Below are positions 26,919 to 46,264 of a stretch of DNA of 64,000 nucleotides, in pieces (within the stretch, counting starts at the first letter, position 1; every line of letters begins with the position of its first letter). The DNA lies in contig JBBCJC010000002.1 of the NCBI GenBank assembly GCA_037189525.1, positions 800,001 through 864,000 of the forward strand, written 5' to 3'. This DNA is from Gemmatimonadales bacterium (GTDB taxonomy: Bacteria; Gemmatimonadota; Gemmatimonadetes; Gemmatimonadales; GWC2-71-9). The notes beneath the pieces were generated by a model. The model did not search any database. It was not told the DNA's origin and worked only from the letters and a program-made list of their open reading frames with translations. Both the position numbers and the translations under genes were made by a program.

Positions 26919-29900
26919 CCGAACCAGCGGGGGAGATGTCGGCGGTCAAACGCGCCCTGGTCGAGATTCGCGATCTCCGGGCCCGGCTTGCCCGCGCCGA
27001 ATCGGCGGCGCGCGAACCGATCGCGGTCATCGGGCTGGGCTGTCGTTTTCCGGGTGGTGTCACGGGCCCCGAGGAACTCTGGTCGCTGCTCGAGTCGGGG
27101 ACGGACGCGGTTGGTCCGGTGCCGGACGATCGATGGGATCGTGACGGCCTTTACCATCCCGATCCGGATCATCCCGGCACGATGGTGACGACTCAGGGTG
27201 GGTTCATCGCCGGTGTCGACCGCTTCGATGCGGAGTTCTTCGGGATTGCCCCCATCGAGGCGGCGTCGATGGATCCGCAGCAACGGCTCTTGCTCGAGGT
27301 GGCCTGGGAAGCGCTCGAACGAGCCGGAATTGCGCCGGATGCGCTGCGAGGGTCGCCGACCGGCGTGTTCATTGGGATCGGGAACAGCGACTACTGGCGG
27401 ATGATGTTCTCCGCGCGTGACCGATTGGATGCTTACGCTGGGTCTGGAGGAAGCTACGCCGTGACCGCCGGTCGGTTGGCCTATACGCTCGGTCTGCAGG
27501 GGCCGGCTATGGCGATCGACACGGCATGCTCCGCATCGCTCGTCGCAATTCACAATGCCTGTCAGAGTCTCCGCAGCGGCGAGTCGAACCTGGCGCTCGC
27601 GGGCGGCGTCAATCTGATCCTGAGTCCGGAGGCGCATATCGCGTTCTCGAAGGCCAGGATGATGGCACCGGACGGGCGCTGCAAGACGTTCGATGCCTCC
27701 GCCGACGGCTATGGACGTGGCGAAGGGTGCGGCATCGTCGTCTTGCGTCGACTCTCGGATGCGGTGGCGGGGGGCGACAGGATCCTCGCGGTGGTTCGAG
27801 GGTCGGCTCTCAACCAGGACGGCAGGAGTGGTGGCCTGACCGTTCCGAACGGTCCTGCACAGGTTGCGGTAATTCGGGCGGCGCTCGCGATGGGCGGTCT
27901 GGCGCCAGCAGACGTCGACCTGGTCGAGGCCCATGGTACCGGAACTCCGCTTGGCGACCCGATCGAGCTGGGTGCGCTCGCGACCGCCTATGGTGAAGGC
28001 CGTTCGGCCGATCGGCGTCTGCTCGTTTCATCGCTCAAGACCAACTTCGGTCATCTCGAGGCGGCGGCGGGAATCGCGGGGTTCATCAAAGCGGTGCTCG
28101 CGGTGGAGCGGGGTACCGTGCCGGCTCATCTGCACTTCCGGACGCCGAGTCCGCACGTCGACTGGGCCGCGCTGCCGGTTCGAGTGCCGGCCGTGTCGGA
28201 GCCTTGGCCTGAGGTCGGCAGTCGTCCTCGTCGCGTCGGCGTCAGCTCGTTCGGCTTCAGCGGTACCAATGCGCATGTGATCGTGGAGCAGGCACCCGCG
28301 GTCGATCAGCCCGCGGTCCCGCCTTCCCGGTGGGTGCTGAGCGGTTCGGCGCGATCGGAGGCCGCCTTGGCGCAGCTTGCGGCGCAGTATGCCGATGCCG
28401 TCGCCGGTTCCGACGATGGCGGGGCATCGCTCGCGGTGGTCAGCGGCGTCGGGCGGGCTGCCCTGCGCCATCGGTTTGCGCTTCCCATGGCGGAGCCGGG
28501 CACCCTGATCGATTCGCTGCGCACACTTGCCGAGGGCGGACGACCGTCGTTGGGACACGTGGGTGCAGTCACGCCGGGCCAGTCGCCGCGCATCGCGTTC
28601 CTGTTCTCGGGTCAGGGGTCTCAGTACGCCGGGATGGGGGCCGAGTTGTACCGGACCGAGCAGGTCTTTCAGGCCGCGGTCGATCGCGCCATTCGTGCCG
28701 CCGGCGAGATCGGGCCCACCGTACTCGGTGCGCTGCTCGGCAGTCCGGGTATCGATGCGGTTGAGCCCAGGATTGCGCAGCCGGCGTTGCTTACGCTCCA
28801 GTATGGTTTGCTCGAGTTGTGGCGCTCCTGGGGCGTCGAGCCGGCCCTTGTCGCCGGCCACAGTCTCGGGGAATTCGCGGCGGCGGTTGCTGCAGGCGTG
28901 CTCGATATCGAGATCGCGATGTCCATCGTCCGAATCCGGGGTCGGATGATGCAGGCGCTTCCCGCGGGTGGCGGCATGCTCGTGGTCGAGACCGGCGAAC
29001 AGGGGGTGCAAGGCGTGCTCCAACGTTTCCCTGAGCTCGAGCTATCCGCCGTGAATGGAACGGCTCAGGCGGTGGTGGGCGGCCCATTGGATACGATTGC
29101 CGCAGCAACCGAAGCACTCCAAGCGGAGGGGATTCGCGCGAGACCGTTGGCCTTGTCGCATGCCTATCACACCAGCGCCATGGATCCGATGCTGGAGGAG
29201 TTCGTGGCGGCTATCGGCAGTTACGGCGTGTCCCGTCCGCTGCTGCCTGTGGTGTCTTCTCTCACGGGAATCGAGGCCGATGCGACCTTCGCCACGCCGA
29301 GTTACTGGGCCAGTCAGATCCGATCGACCGTTCGGTTTTCCAATGCGCTAGGGAAGGTTCTCGATGCGGGCGCCACACATCTGATCGAGATCGGTCCGCA
29401 CCCCGTGTTACTCAGTCTGGCCGCCGATCGCGCCGGAGTCACCCCGCTGCCGTCGCTCAGGCGCGAGACGCCGGTCTGGCCCGTATTGCTCGATGGGGTC
29501 GCCGCGCTCTTCGTCGACGGCGTCCCCGTGCGCTGGCGTAATGTTCAGTCCGGCGGCGCCTGGCGTCCCGATACAGCGCCAACGTATCCGTTCGAACGGC
29601 GCCGGTATTGGATCGACGCGGTCGATGCGGATGCTCGTTACTCGTCTGCTCAGCGGTGGGATGCGGTCGTAGCCGCAGCACAACGGCAATCCGAACAGGC
29701 GCCGCTCAGGTATCGGGCCGATACGATCGGGGAGACGTGGGCTTCGCTCGCACGACTGACCTGGGCTCACGCGGCTGAGACGTTCCGGCGACTCGGTGCT
29801 TTCGATGATGCGCCGCTCGGGCGATCCGTCGATGAAGTCGTCGAGCGGACGGGGATCAAGCCGCTCTACCGCCATCTGATCGAGCGTTGGCTCGAGCGCC

Positions 29901-31269
29901 TTGTGGACACCGGACGCCTCGAACGGGTCGGGCCGCGCTACCGGCCGGCGGGAGGCTCGCTTGCCGCGGTTTCACTTGGGCCGGTGTGGCAGGAAGCTCA
30001 GGGCCGGCTGGCATCCGATCCTGCGCTGCTTACCTACCTCGAAGGATGCGGCCGACTGCTGCCCGCGGTGCTGACAGGCGAGGTCAGTCCGCTCGAAACC
30101 CTCTTTCCGAACGGATCGTCGACGCTGGCCGAAGCGCTCTACGCCGAAACGGGCGTGATGCGATACGTCAATCTGATCGCAGCCGCCGCAATCGAAGCCG
30201 CCGCATCTCGGACTCGTAGCGGTCGACTTCGCGTGCTGGAGATCGGTGCGGGGACCGGTGGCACGACGGTGGCCGTCGCGCCGCGTCTCGATCCGGAGCG
30301 AACCGACTACTGGTTTACCGACGTATCGGATCTTTTTCTGGCCCGTGCATCGGAACGGTTTGGTACCGCGTCGCAGTTCCGCTACGCTACGCTCGACCTC
30401 GATCGGGATCCTTTCGATCAGGGCTTCACGGTCGATTCGTTCGACATCGTCTTGGCGACCAACGCAGTGCACGCCACCAAGGATCTGCGCGCCAGCCTGC
30501 GGCGAATCCACGACCTGCTGGCTCCCGGGGGGGTGCTTGTTCTGGTCGAGAGTACCGAGCACCTCGACTGGTTCGATATGAGCACGGGCCTGATCGAAGG
30601 GTGGCAACACTTTGAGGACGACCTCCGGGGCGACAACCCGCTGCTCGAGCCGGCGCAATGGCGTGGTGCGCTGGGCGCCGCAGGATTTGCTGCGGTAGTC
30701 GTGGCGCCGGAGGATGACTCACCCGCGTCGGCAGGTGGGCAGCGTGTGATTCTCGCGCGGAAGCCGGGCGAAGATGTCCCGACCCGGATCGATCAGGACG
30801 CGCCCGGACAGGCTCGGGTCGCGGGGAAACCTGTGCCGGCGGTCGATCCGGCAGCATCGTTGCTCGAAATGCTTCGGGATGCGCCGTCGGATGAACGCGA
30901 ATCGATCCTGATCGGCTTTGTGCGCGACCATGTGATGCGAACCCTTCGCCTGGCTCCCGACGCGGAGCCGGGGCGAACCGACCGGCTGCTCGATATCGGC
31001 TTCGATTCGTTGATGGCAGTGCAGTTCCGCAATGCGCTCGGCGCCGGTCTGGGCCTCGATGCGCCGTTGTCCGCCACGTTGCTGTTCGATCACCCTACCA
31101 TCGAGGCGATCGCGCGCTTCCTGTTGGGCCGGCTCGGTCTCGCGGCCAGTCCTGCTGCTGCGCCGGTATCGGCTTCCGAGCCGGGTGCGGCACTCAGCGA
31201 GGCGGATCTCGCGGCCATGACCGATGACGAAGTAGCCATTTTCCTGGAACGTCGTTTGGGCGAGGGGAC

Positions 31270-31273
<4 letters not shown>
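26915..31273 (+). CDS. PKS4: KS-AT-cMT-ACP (no reductive domains)
   Basis: KS DTACSAS; AT GHSLG, HAYH; C-MT LEIGAGTGGTT, NAVHAT, GLIEGW; ACP GFDSL. No KR Rossmann motif between MT and ACP. Confidence 0.94.
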
Positions 31274-38813
<7,540 letters not shown>

Positions 38814-38817
<4 letters not shown>

Positions 38818-41800
38818 ACGACTTCCTGGATCGGGTCGGCCAGCTATCGCCCAAGCGCCTGGCGCTCCTGGCGCTGGAGCTCAAAGAGCAGGTCGATGCG
38901 CAGCGGAGTCCCATCGCGGTGGTTGGAATCGGCTGCCGATTCCCCGGCGGCGCGGATTCGCCCGATGCGTATTGGTCGCTGCTCGAGCAGGGACGTGACG
39001 TGACACGTCCCCTGCCTCGGGATCGATGGAACTCCGAGGCCTGGTATGACCCTGATCCCACCGTTCCCGGACGGATCGGCGCTCGGCACGGCGGGTATCT
39101 CGACGAGATCTTCGATTTCGACCCCGCTTTCTTCGGTATTTCGCCGCGCGAAGCGGTCACCATGGATCCGCAGCAGCGTTTGCTGCTCGAGGTGGCTTGG
39201 GAAGCGCTCGAAGATGCCGGAATCGCGCCGGAGCGCTTGGCGGGCACGCCGACCGGTGTCTTCGTCGGGCTCTGTAACAACGATCATATGTACCGGGTGC
39301 TGGGCCAGGGACGCGATCGGCTGGATGCGTATGTGGCGTCCGGCAACGCGCCCAGTGTCGCGGCCGGTCGGATCAGCTATGTCCTGGGGTTCCGCGGTCC
39401 CGCGCTGACGGTCGACACCGCATGTTCATCGTCGCTGGTGTCGCTCCACCTGGCCTGCCGGAGCCTGCGCAGCGGTGAAAGCCGAGTCGCGCTGGCGGCG
39501 GGTGTCAACGTCATCTGTACTCCTGAGCCCAGCGTGGCGCTGACGAAGTCGCAGATGCTGGCGCCCGACGGCCGGTGCAAGACGTTCGATGCCGCCGCCG
39601 ACGGGTTTGCGCGTGGTGAGGGATGTGGTGTCTTGGTCCTCAAGCGGCTGGAAGACGCCGAGGCCGACGGAGACCGGATTCTGGCGGTCATCCGCGGCAC
39701 GGCCATCAACCAGGACGGCCGGAGTGGCGGGCTGACCGTGCCGAACGGCCCTGCGCAGGAGGCGGTCATTCGGGCGGCGCTGGCCGATGCCGGTGTCGAT
39801 CCTGCCGAAGTCGACTACATCGAAGCACACGGCACCGGCACCGTACTCGGTGATCCGATCGAGATTCGCGCCATCGGCGCCTCCCTTGGCAAGGGACGTG
39901 ATCGGAATCGTCCGGTGCTGGTGGGTTCCGTCAAGACCAACATGGGGCACCTCGAGTCGGCTGCGGGGGTGGCGGGTGTCATCAAGACCGTGCTCGCGCT
40001 GGCGCATGAACGGATTCCGTCGCATCTCCATTTCAAGACACCGAACCCGCACATCGAATGGGGCTCGATTCCCGTCGAGGTTGTCGCAGCGGGTCGGGCC
40101 TGGCCCCGAACGGAACGCCCTCGCTACGCCGGCGTCAGTTCGTTCGGGTTCAGCGGGACCAACGCGCATATCGTCATCGGAGAGGCGCCGTCCGATTCGG
40201 CTGCTCGCGGTCCAGCCGCGGAACGGATCGTCGTTCCGGTATCGGGGCAGAGCGAGCAGGCTCTTCGTCGGCTCGCGCGTTCTTACCGCGACGTTCTCGA
40301 TGACGAGGTGTCTGCTGCCGACCTGGCGCGGACGGCGGCGCTTGGTCGTTCGCACCTGACCCATCGTGCGGCGGTCGTCGTCTCCGGTGACGCTGAGGCT
40401 CGGAGCGCGCTCGAGCACCTGGCTGCGGGTACGCCGGATGCGCGAATCGCGCTGGGGCAGGCGATTCCGGGCCAGATGCTGGAGCCCGTCTTTCTCTTTA
40501 CCGGGCAGGGCTCGCAGTATCCGGGAATGGCCAAGGCGGTTTATGACGCATCACCGGTATTCCGCGAGGTGATCGACCGGGCCGATCAGTTGCTTGGCCC
40601 GGATCGTCTGGGCCGGACGCTCAAGGCTGTTCTTTGGTCGGATGCCTCGGCTGCGTCAGAGTCAGCGCCGATTCACGAGACCGACTGGACTCAGCCAGCG
40701 CTCTTCGCGGTCGAGTACGGGTTCGCCGCGCTATGGCAGTCGTGGGGCATCGTTCCGGCTGCGGTCATCGGCCATTCGGTCGGCGAGTATGTCGCCGCGT
40801 GCGTGGCTGGCGTCTTCTCGTTCGAAGACGGCCTCCGACTGATCGCGGAACGCGGGCGAATCATGCATGCGCTTCCGCCCGGGGGAACCATGGCCGCGGT
40901 GTTTGCGCCGCAGTCCATGGTGACTGAAGTGATTCAGCCCTGGCGGGATCGCCTCGCCATCGCCGCGGTCAACGCGGACGACAGCGTCGTGATTTCCGGG
41001 GCGACCGATGCCGTGGATGCCGCGCTGGCTGCGCTCCAGGCGCGGCAGGTCGAAGGGCATCGCCTCTATATCTCGCTGGCAGCGCATTCGCCGCTGACGG
41101 AACCGATCCTGGATGCCATGGAAGGGGCCGCGGCCAAGGTCCCGATGGTGGCGCCTCGGATTCCGGTGGCGTGGAACCTGACCGGTGGTGCGCTCGGAGC
41201 CGGCGCCGTGCCGGATGCGCGATACTGGCGGCGCCACCTGCGCGAATCGGTCCGTTTTGCCGACGGTCTGCGCTGGTTGTATGGCCAGGGTTTCCGGACC
41301 TTCCTGGAAGTAGGCCCGCATCCGACGCTCACGGCGCTGGCGGCCCGGACTCTGCCGGAAAGCGACACCTTGCTGGTCGGGTCGATTCGTCGCGGCAAGG
41401 ACGACTGGACTGAGCTCTACACCAGTCTGGCGACGCTGTATGCTCGCGGCGGCCGAATCGACTGGGAAGCCGTGTCGGCGTCTTGGGGCGGCCATCGGGT
41501 TCGGATGCCGACCTATCCGTTCGAACGCCGCCGCTTTGCCGTGGCCAGTCCGACCGGCTCCCGCAATGACGGAGAGACGGTTTCGTTAGGCGCGCTGCCG
41601 CCGTTCCGCCGGCTCGACACTCCCGACCCGATCATCGAGTTCCGGTTGACACCGGACACGCCTGCATGGCTCGGCGATCACCGAGTGTTCGGTCGGATCA
41701 TTGCGCCGGGGCCGTTGCTGATCGAAGCGGCGCAGATTGCTCATGTCGCGGTGTATGGCAAGGCGGCTGGTGCCGTCGAACGGTTCGTGATTCGCGGCGC

Positions 41801-44800
41801 TCTCGAAGTGGGTGACGAGGGCGTCAGCCTTCAGGTCGGCCTGACCGAAGCTGGTGATCATACCAGTTTCCGAATCCACGCCAAGGCAGCCGGCCGTGAT
41901 GCGTGGCAACTGATCGGCGAGGGCCAGCTCCGGTCGGCGGCGAGTACGGCGGAACCCACAACCGCTCCGTTGGGCGCGGTGCAATCGACGGCGACGGGCG
42001 CCGACTTCTATGATCGGCTTCGGAGTCTCGGCATCGATCTAGGCCCGGCGTTCCAGGGGCTGACTGCAATTCGGCGGATGGAACATGGCGCGATCGTCGA
42101 TCTCGACTTGCCGTTCGATGCCGAACGTGCAGCCGGCGGTGGGCACCCGACCCAGCTCGATGCCGTGCTCCAGGCGGTGGGAGCCGCGCTCGATACCGGT
42201 TCGAGCGAAGCGGCGCTGCTGGTCGGAGTCGATCGCATTGCGCTGACCGGACCGTTGCCCCGTCAGCTTCGGTGCCTGGTTCAGGTCCGGCCGCAACCCG
42301 ATGCCGATACCTGGCGTGCCGATGTCGCCCTGGAAAGCCCGAGCGGCGCGCACTGCGGCGTGGTCGAAGGTGTCACCCTTCGGCGTGCCTCTCCGGCCGC
42401 GCCGTCATCGGCGGCGGAGCAGTTGGGCTTTTACCGCGTGGCCTGGCATCCGGTCGCCGGCGCGGCCGAACTGCCCGATCCGAAGGGTGTCGTCGGCCCG
42501 TTGCTCAACGGATTCGGAGCGCGCGCGGAGCGGCACGGTCTGCGCAGCTACGATCAGGTACTGCCTCGGCTCGATCAGCTGTCGCTGCACTATATCCTCA
42601 CGGCGCTGACCGAACTCGGCTTCGACGATACACCGGGTCGCGTGGTGCAGCTTCGTCGGGAGTGTGATCAGCTGCGGATTGCCCCGCAGCACGATCGCCT
42701 CTTCGACCGGCTGCTCGATATTCTGGAAGAGGAAGGGTACCTCGTAAGTCAGGCGGGCGCGCGCAGTGTTGCTCGGCGGCTGCCCGAGACCGGATCGCTC
42801 GAGCCGTGGCCCACTGCTACGGGATGGCCCGACGGAGAGTATCGCGTGCTCGCCAGGTGCGGGCCCTCGCTGGCCCGCGTCCTCCGCGGCGAGGTGGACC
42901 CGCTGCATCTGCTCTTTCCGGGCGGATCGTTTGCGGAAGCGCGGACGTTGTATGTCGAATCGGCCTTTGCGCAGACCTACAACGGGGTGGTTGCCGACGC
43001 GGTCCGGCGCCTGGCCGAGGCCTCGCCCGATCGCCCGCTGCGCATTCTGGAAATCGGGGCCGGCACCGGAGGAACCACGACATACGTGCTTCCGGCGCTT
43101 CCGTCCGGTCCGGTCGACTACACCTTCACGGATGTCTCTCCGCTGTTTCTCGAACGAGCCCAGGAGGCGTTCGGGGAGCGGCCCGGTTTCCAGACCGCGT
43201 TGCTCGATATCGAACGTGATCCCGCCGAACAGGGTTTCGAGACCGGAAGCTACGATCTCGTCATCGCAGCCAACGTGCTGCATGCGACCGCCGATCTGGC
43301 TCGGGCGGTCGAGCACGCTCGTTCGCTCCTGCGACCCGGCGGCTGGTTGAGTCTGATCGAGGGCGTGGCTCCGGAGCGCTGGGTCGACCTCACGTTCGGG
43401 CTCACCGACGGTTGGTGGCGATTCACCGATCGCGAATTGCGCGCGCGCTATCCGCTCGTTTCAGTAGCGCAGTGGGAGACAGTGCTGCGGGATCGCGGGT
43501 TTGCGTCCTCGATGGCCGTTCCCGGTCCTGATGCGACAAGCCGAGCCGCTCGTCAGCAGGCGATTCTCTTTGCCCAGGCGCGCCCGAACGCAGCATCTCG
43601 TGCCTGGACCGTGGTCGGCGCGCGGACCGAACTGGTCGACCGTCTATCCGCGCGCCTCACCGCCCGCGGTGATACGGTGACGGTTCTCGGTGCGGACACC
43701 GATCCGACGGCGTGGACCGCTGCGGGCGGCGACCTGATCTACCTCGATGCGCTCGCGCTCGTCGGTACGCCATCCACGCCGGATGCGGTTTCGGTCGAGC
43801 AGCGCGCCGGTGTCCTCCCGCTCCGCTGGCTGGCTCGCGCGACCTTGCTCGGCGCCAATCGCGTCTGGTTCGTAACGTCCGGTACGCAGGCCGTGCGTGC
43901 CGCGGCAGACGTCGTCAATCCGAGCCAAGCGCCTATCTGGGGGCTGGGACGAGCATTTGCCCTGGAAGAGCCCGAACGCTGGGGTGGAGAGATCGATCTG
44001 GCCTCCGAAAGCTCTGCCGAGGAAGCGGCGCTGCAGATCGTGACCGCGATAGCCGCCGAAGACGGCGAAGATCAGACAGCCTGGCGCGATGGCCGGCGCT
44101 ACATGGCGCGGCTCGAGCGGGTTCCGGAGCCTGAGGCATCGCCGGTCCGGGTTGATCGTTCGGGTGCGTACCTGGTCACGGGCGGTTTCGGCGGGCTAGG
44201 CCTCCTCGTCGGCCGATGGCTTGCCGAGCAAGGGGCCGGTGTGGTTGCGCTGCTCGGTCGCAATCCGGACCTGTCGCTCGACGGTGTTCGGGCCATTGAG
44301 GCGCTGGGCACTCGGGTCGTAGGCATTCGCGGCGACGTGAGTGACCCGGCCGCGGTGGCGGAAGCCATATCGCGATTCGGAGCCGATTTGCCTCAGTTGC
44401 GCGGTATCGTGCACACCGCGGCGGCTTTGTCGACCGGTCGAGTCGGCGACCTCGATGAAGCAACCATCGTTGCCATGTACCGGGCCAAGGTTGCCGGCAC
44501 GCTCGCGCTGGCCGATGCGCTTCGGGGACGCCCACTCGACTTCGCCGTGTTGTTCTCGTCCTCGACGGCGTTGTTGGGCGCGGGGGGCTTTGCGCACTAC
44601 GCGGGCGCCAATCAGTTCCTGGATGCCTATGCGCAGTCGCAAACGTCGTCACCTGCGCACTGGGTGGCCATCGATTGGGGCACTTGGGAGGTCATGCGGC
44701 TCGCGTCCGCCGATGCGCAGCGCGACTACCGCCGTTCGGGCCTCTTGCCGATGCGCGCCGAGGCGGCGCTCGACGCCATGGCACGGTTGGCGGGTCAGGG

Positions 44801-45362
44801 CGATCCGCAGACGATGGTCGCGAGTATCGATTGGTCTGTTCTGCGTCCCTTGCATGAGGCCCGTCGCACCCGTCCCTTGCTCGCGGCGCTGGTCACCCGC
44901 GCGGTCGCTCCAACGCCGGGCACACGGACGGCCGTGTCGGCGCGAGTCTCGCTCGAGGACCAGCTGAATCTGGCGCAGGGTTTGTCGCGTCGGGATGTCA
45001 TCCTGCGGTTCGTATCGGGCGAAGTCGCCGGGGTTCTCGGCCTGGAGGCTGGAGCGTTCGTTTCTCCGGCCGTCGGTCTGTTCGAACTGGGCATGGACTC
45101 GCTGATGTCGGTGGAACTGAAACGGCGGCTGGAACAGGGCACCGGGCGTACTCTGCCGTCGACCCTGACGTTCAACTATCCGAACGTCGGGGCGCTGACC
45201 GGGTTTCTGGAACAGCTCTTTCCCGAGCAAGCGCCGGATCCGATCGCCAATCCGTCGAATCGTGTTGGGCAATCTGGGCCGCCGGAATCGCAGCCCGATG
45301 CGAATGAGGACGTCGATGACATCGCCGCCCGGCTCCGCGCGGCGCTGGAGGATATCGGCTGA
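38814..45362 (+). CDS. PKS6: KS-AT(atypical)-DH-cMT-KR-ACP
   Basis: KS DTACSSS; AT GHSVG, ISLAAHS; DH DHRVFGRIIAP and HPTQLDAVLQ; C-MT LEIGAGTGGTT, NVLHAT, FGLTDGWW; KR GGFGGLG, lacks LDD, AHYAGAN; ACP GMDSL. Confidence 0.94.
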
Positions 45363-46264
45363 TGCCGGCGAGCCGGGTCGAACGATCGCTGGTAACGCGG
45401 TTAGGCGCGGGGCGCACCGCCGTTCTCGCCATGGCGATTGCCATGGTGGGATGGGTGGCGGTGGAGGCCGCGGGCGTAGCCGTGATTGCCAGGATTCCGG
45501 CCCTGCAGCTGATCTGGTCCCGGTATCTCGTCCATCTGCTGTTCATGGCGGTGTTCGTCATCCCCCGGGTGGGGACCGGATGCCTCCGAACCCGCCACCC
45601 GTTCGTCCAGATCGGCCGATCGCTGCTCATGCTCGGCATGCCGGCGGCCTGGCTTGCCGCGGCCGATCGGCTCAGTCTGAGCACGGTGATGGGCATCTTC
45701 TGGCTGACCCCGATCGTGGCCATGGTCGGTGCGCTGATCTTCCTGCGCGAGCGTGTAACGGTTAGCCAGATTGCCATCGCCGGGGTCGGGTACGCAGCGA
45801 CCGTTGCGATCCTTCGGCCCGCCTTTCCAGGGGATCTCCTCGGCGTGCTACTGGTCGGGGCGATGCTCGGCTGCTTCGCGGGGTACATCGTGCTGACCCG
45901 GTGGCTCCGGCGCGAGCCGACGGAGACCAATCTGTTCTATACGGCGCTGGGTGTCTTTGTCGCCATGCTCGTGTTCATTCCCTCGATCTGGCAACCGGTG
46001 CCCACCGAGTTGTGGCTCCCGATCGTCGCGATCGGCCTGCTGGGGTACCTCGTGCTGCATCAGCTCGATCGCGCGCTTCACCTCGCCCCGGTGGCATTCG
46101 TGGCGCCGGTGGTGTTCCTTCAGCCGCTGCTCGAGGTCATGGTCCGCGCCGGGAAGAACCCGGGCGCGCTGATTCTGCGACAATGGGTCGGTTTTGCGAT
46201 GCTCCTGGCGGTCGGATTCGTGGTGCTGCGTCTGGCGCGAGATGTGCGCGAGGAGGCCGTATGA
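45362..46264 (+). CDS. DMT/EamA family membrane transporter
   Basis: 300 aa, very hydrophobic, with roughly ten TM-like segments in two similar halves and EamA-like motifs (LIWSRY, QIGRSLL, FWLTP...FLRERV). Overlaps both neighbours (TGATG and ATGA). Confidence 0.85.
   Translation: MPASRVERSLVTRLGAGRTAVLAMAIAMVGWVAVEAAGVAVIARIPALQLIWSRYLVHLLFMAVFVIPRVGTGCLRTRHPFVQIGRSLLMLGMPAAWLAAADRLSLSTVMGIFWLTPIVAMVGALIFLRERVTVSQIAIAGVGYAATVAILRPAFPGDLLGVLLVGAMLGCFAGYIVLTRWLRREPTETNLFYTALGVFVAMLVFIPSIWQPVPTELWLPIVAIGLLGYLVLHQLDRALHLAPVAFVAPVVFLQPLLEVMVRAGKNPGALILRQWVGFAMLLAVGFVVLRLARDVREEAV

Noticed and set aside
45901..46260. ORF-track N-terminal extension of PKS7 (also 52601-52720 for PKS8, 7282-7479 for the NRPS, 1525-1668 for the PPTase)
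   Set aside because: These overlap upstream genes or intergenic DNA. The downstream starts give proper docking helices or domain starts, and PKS7 has a strong SD.
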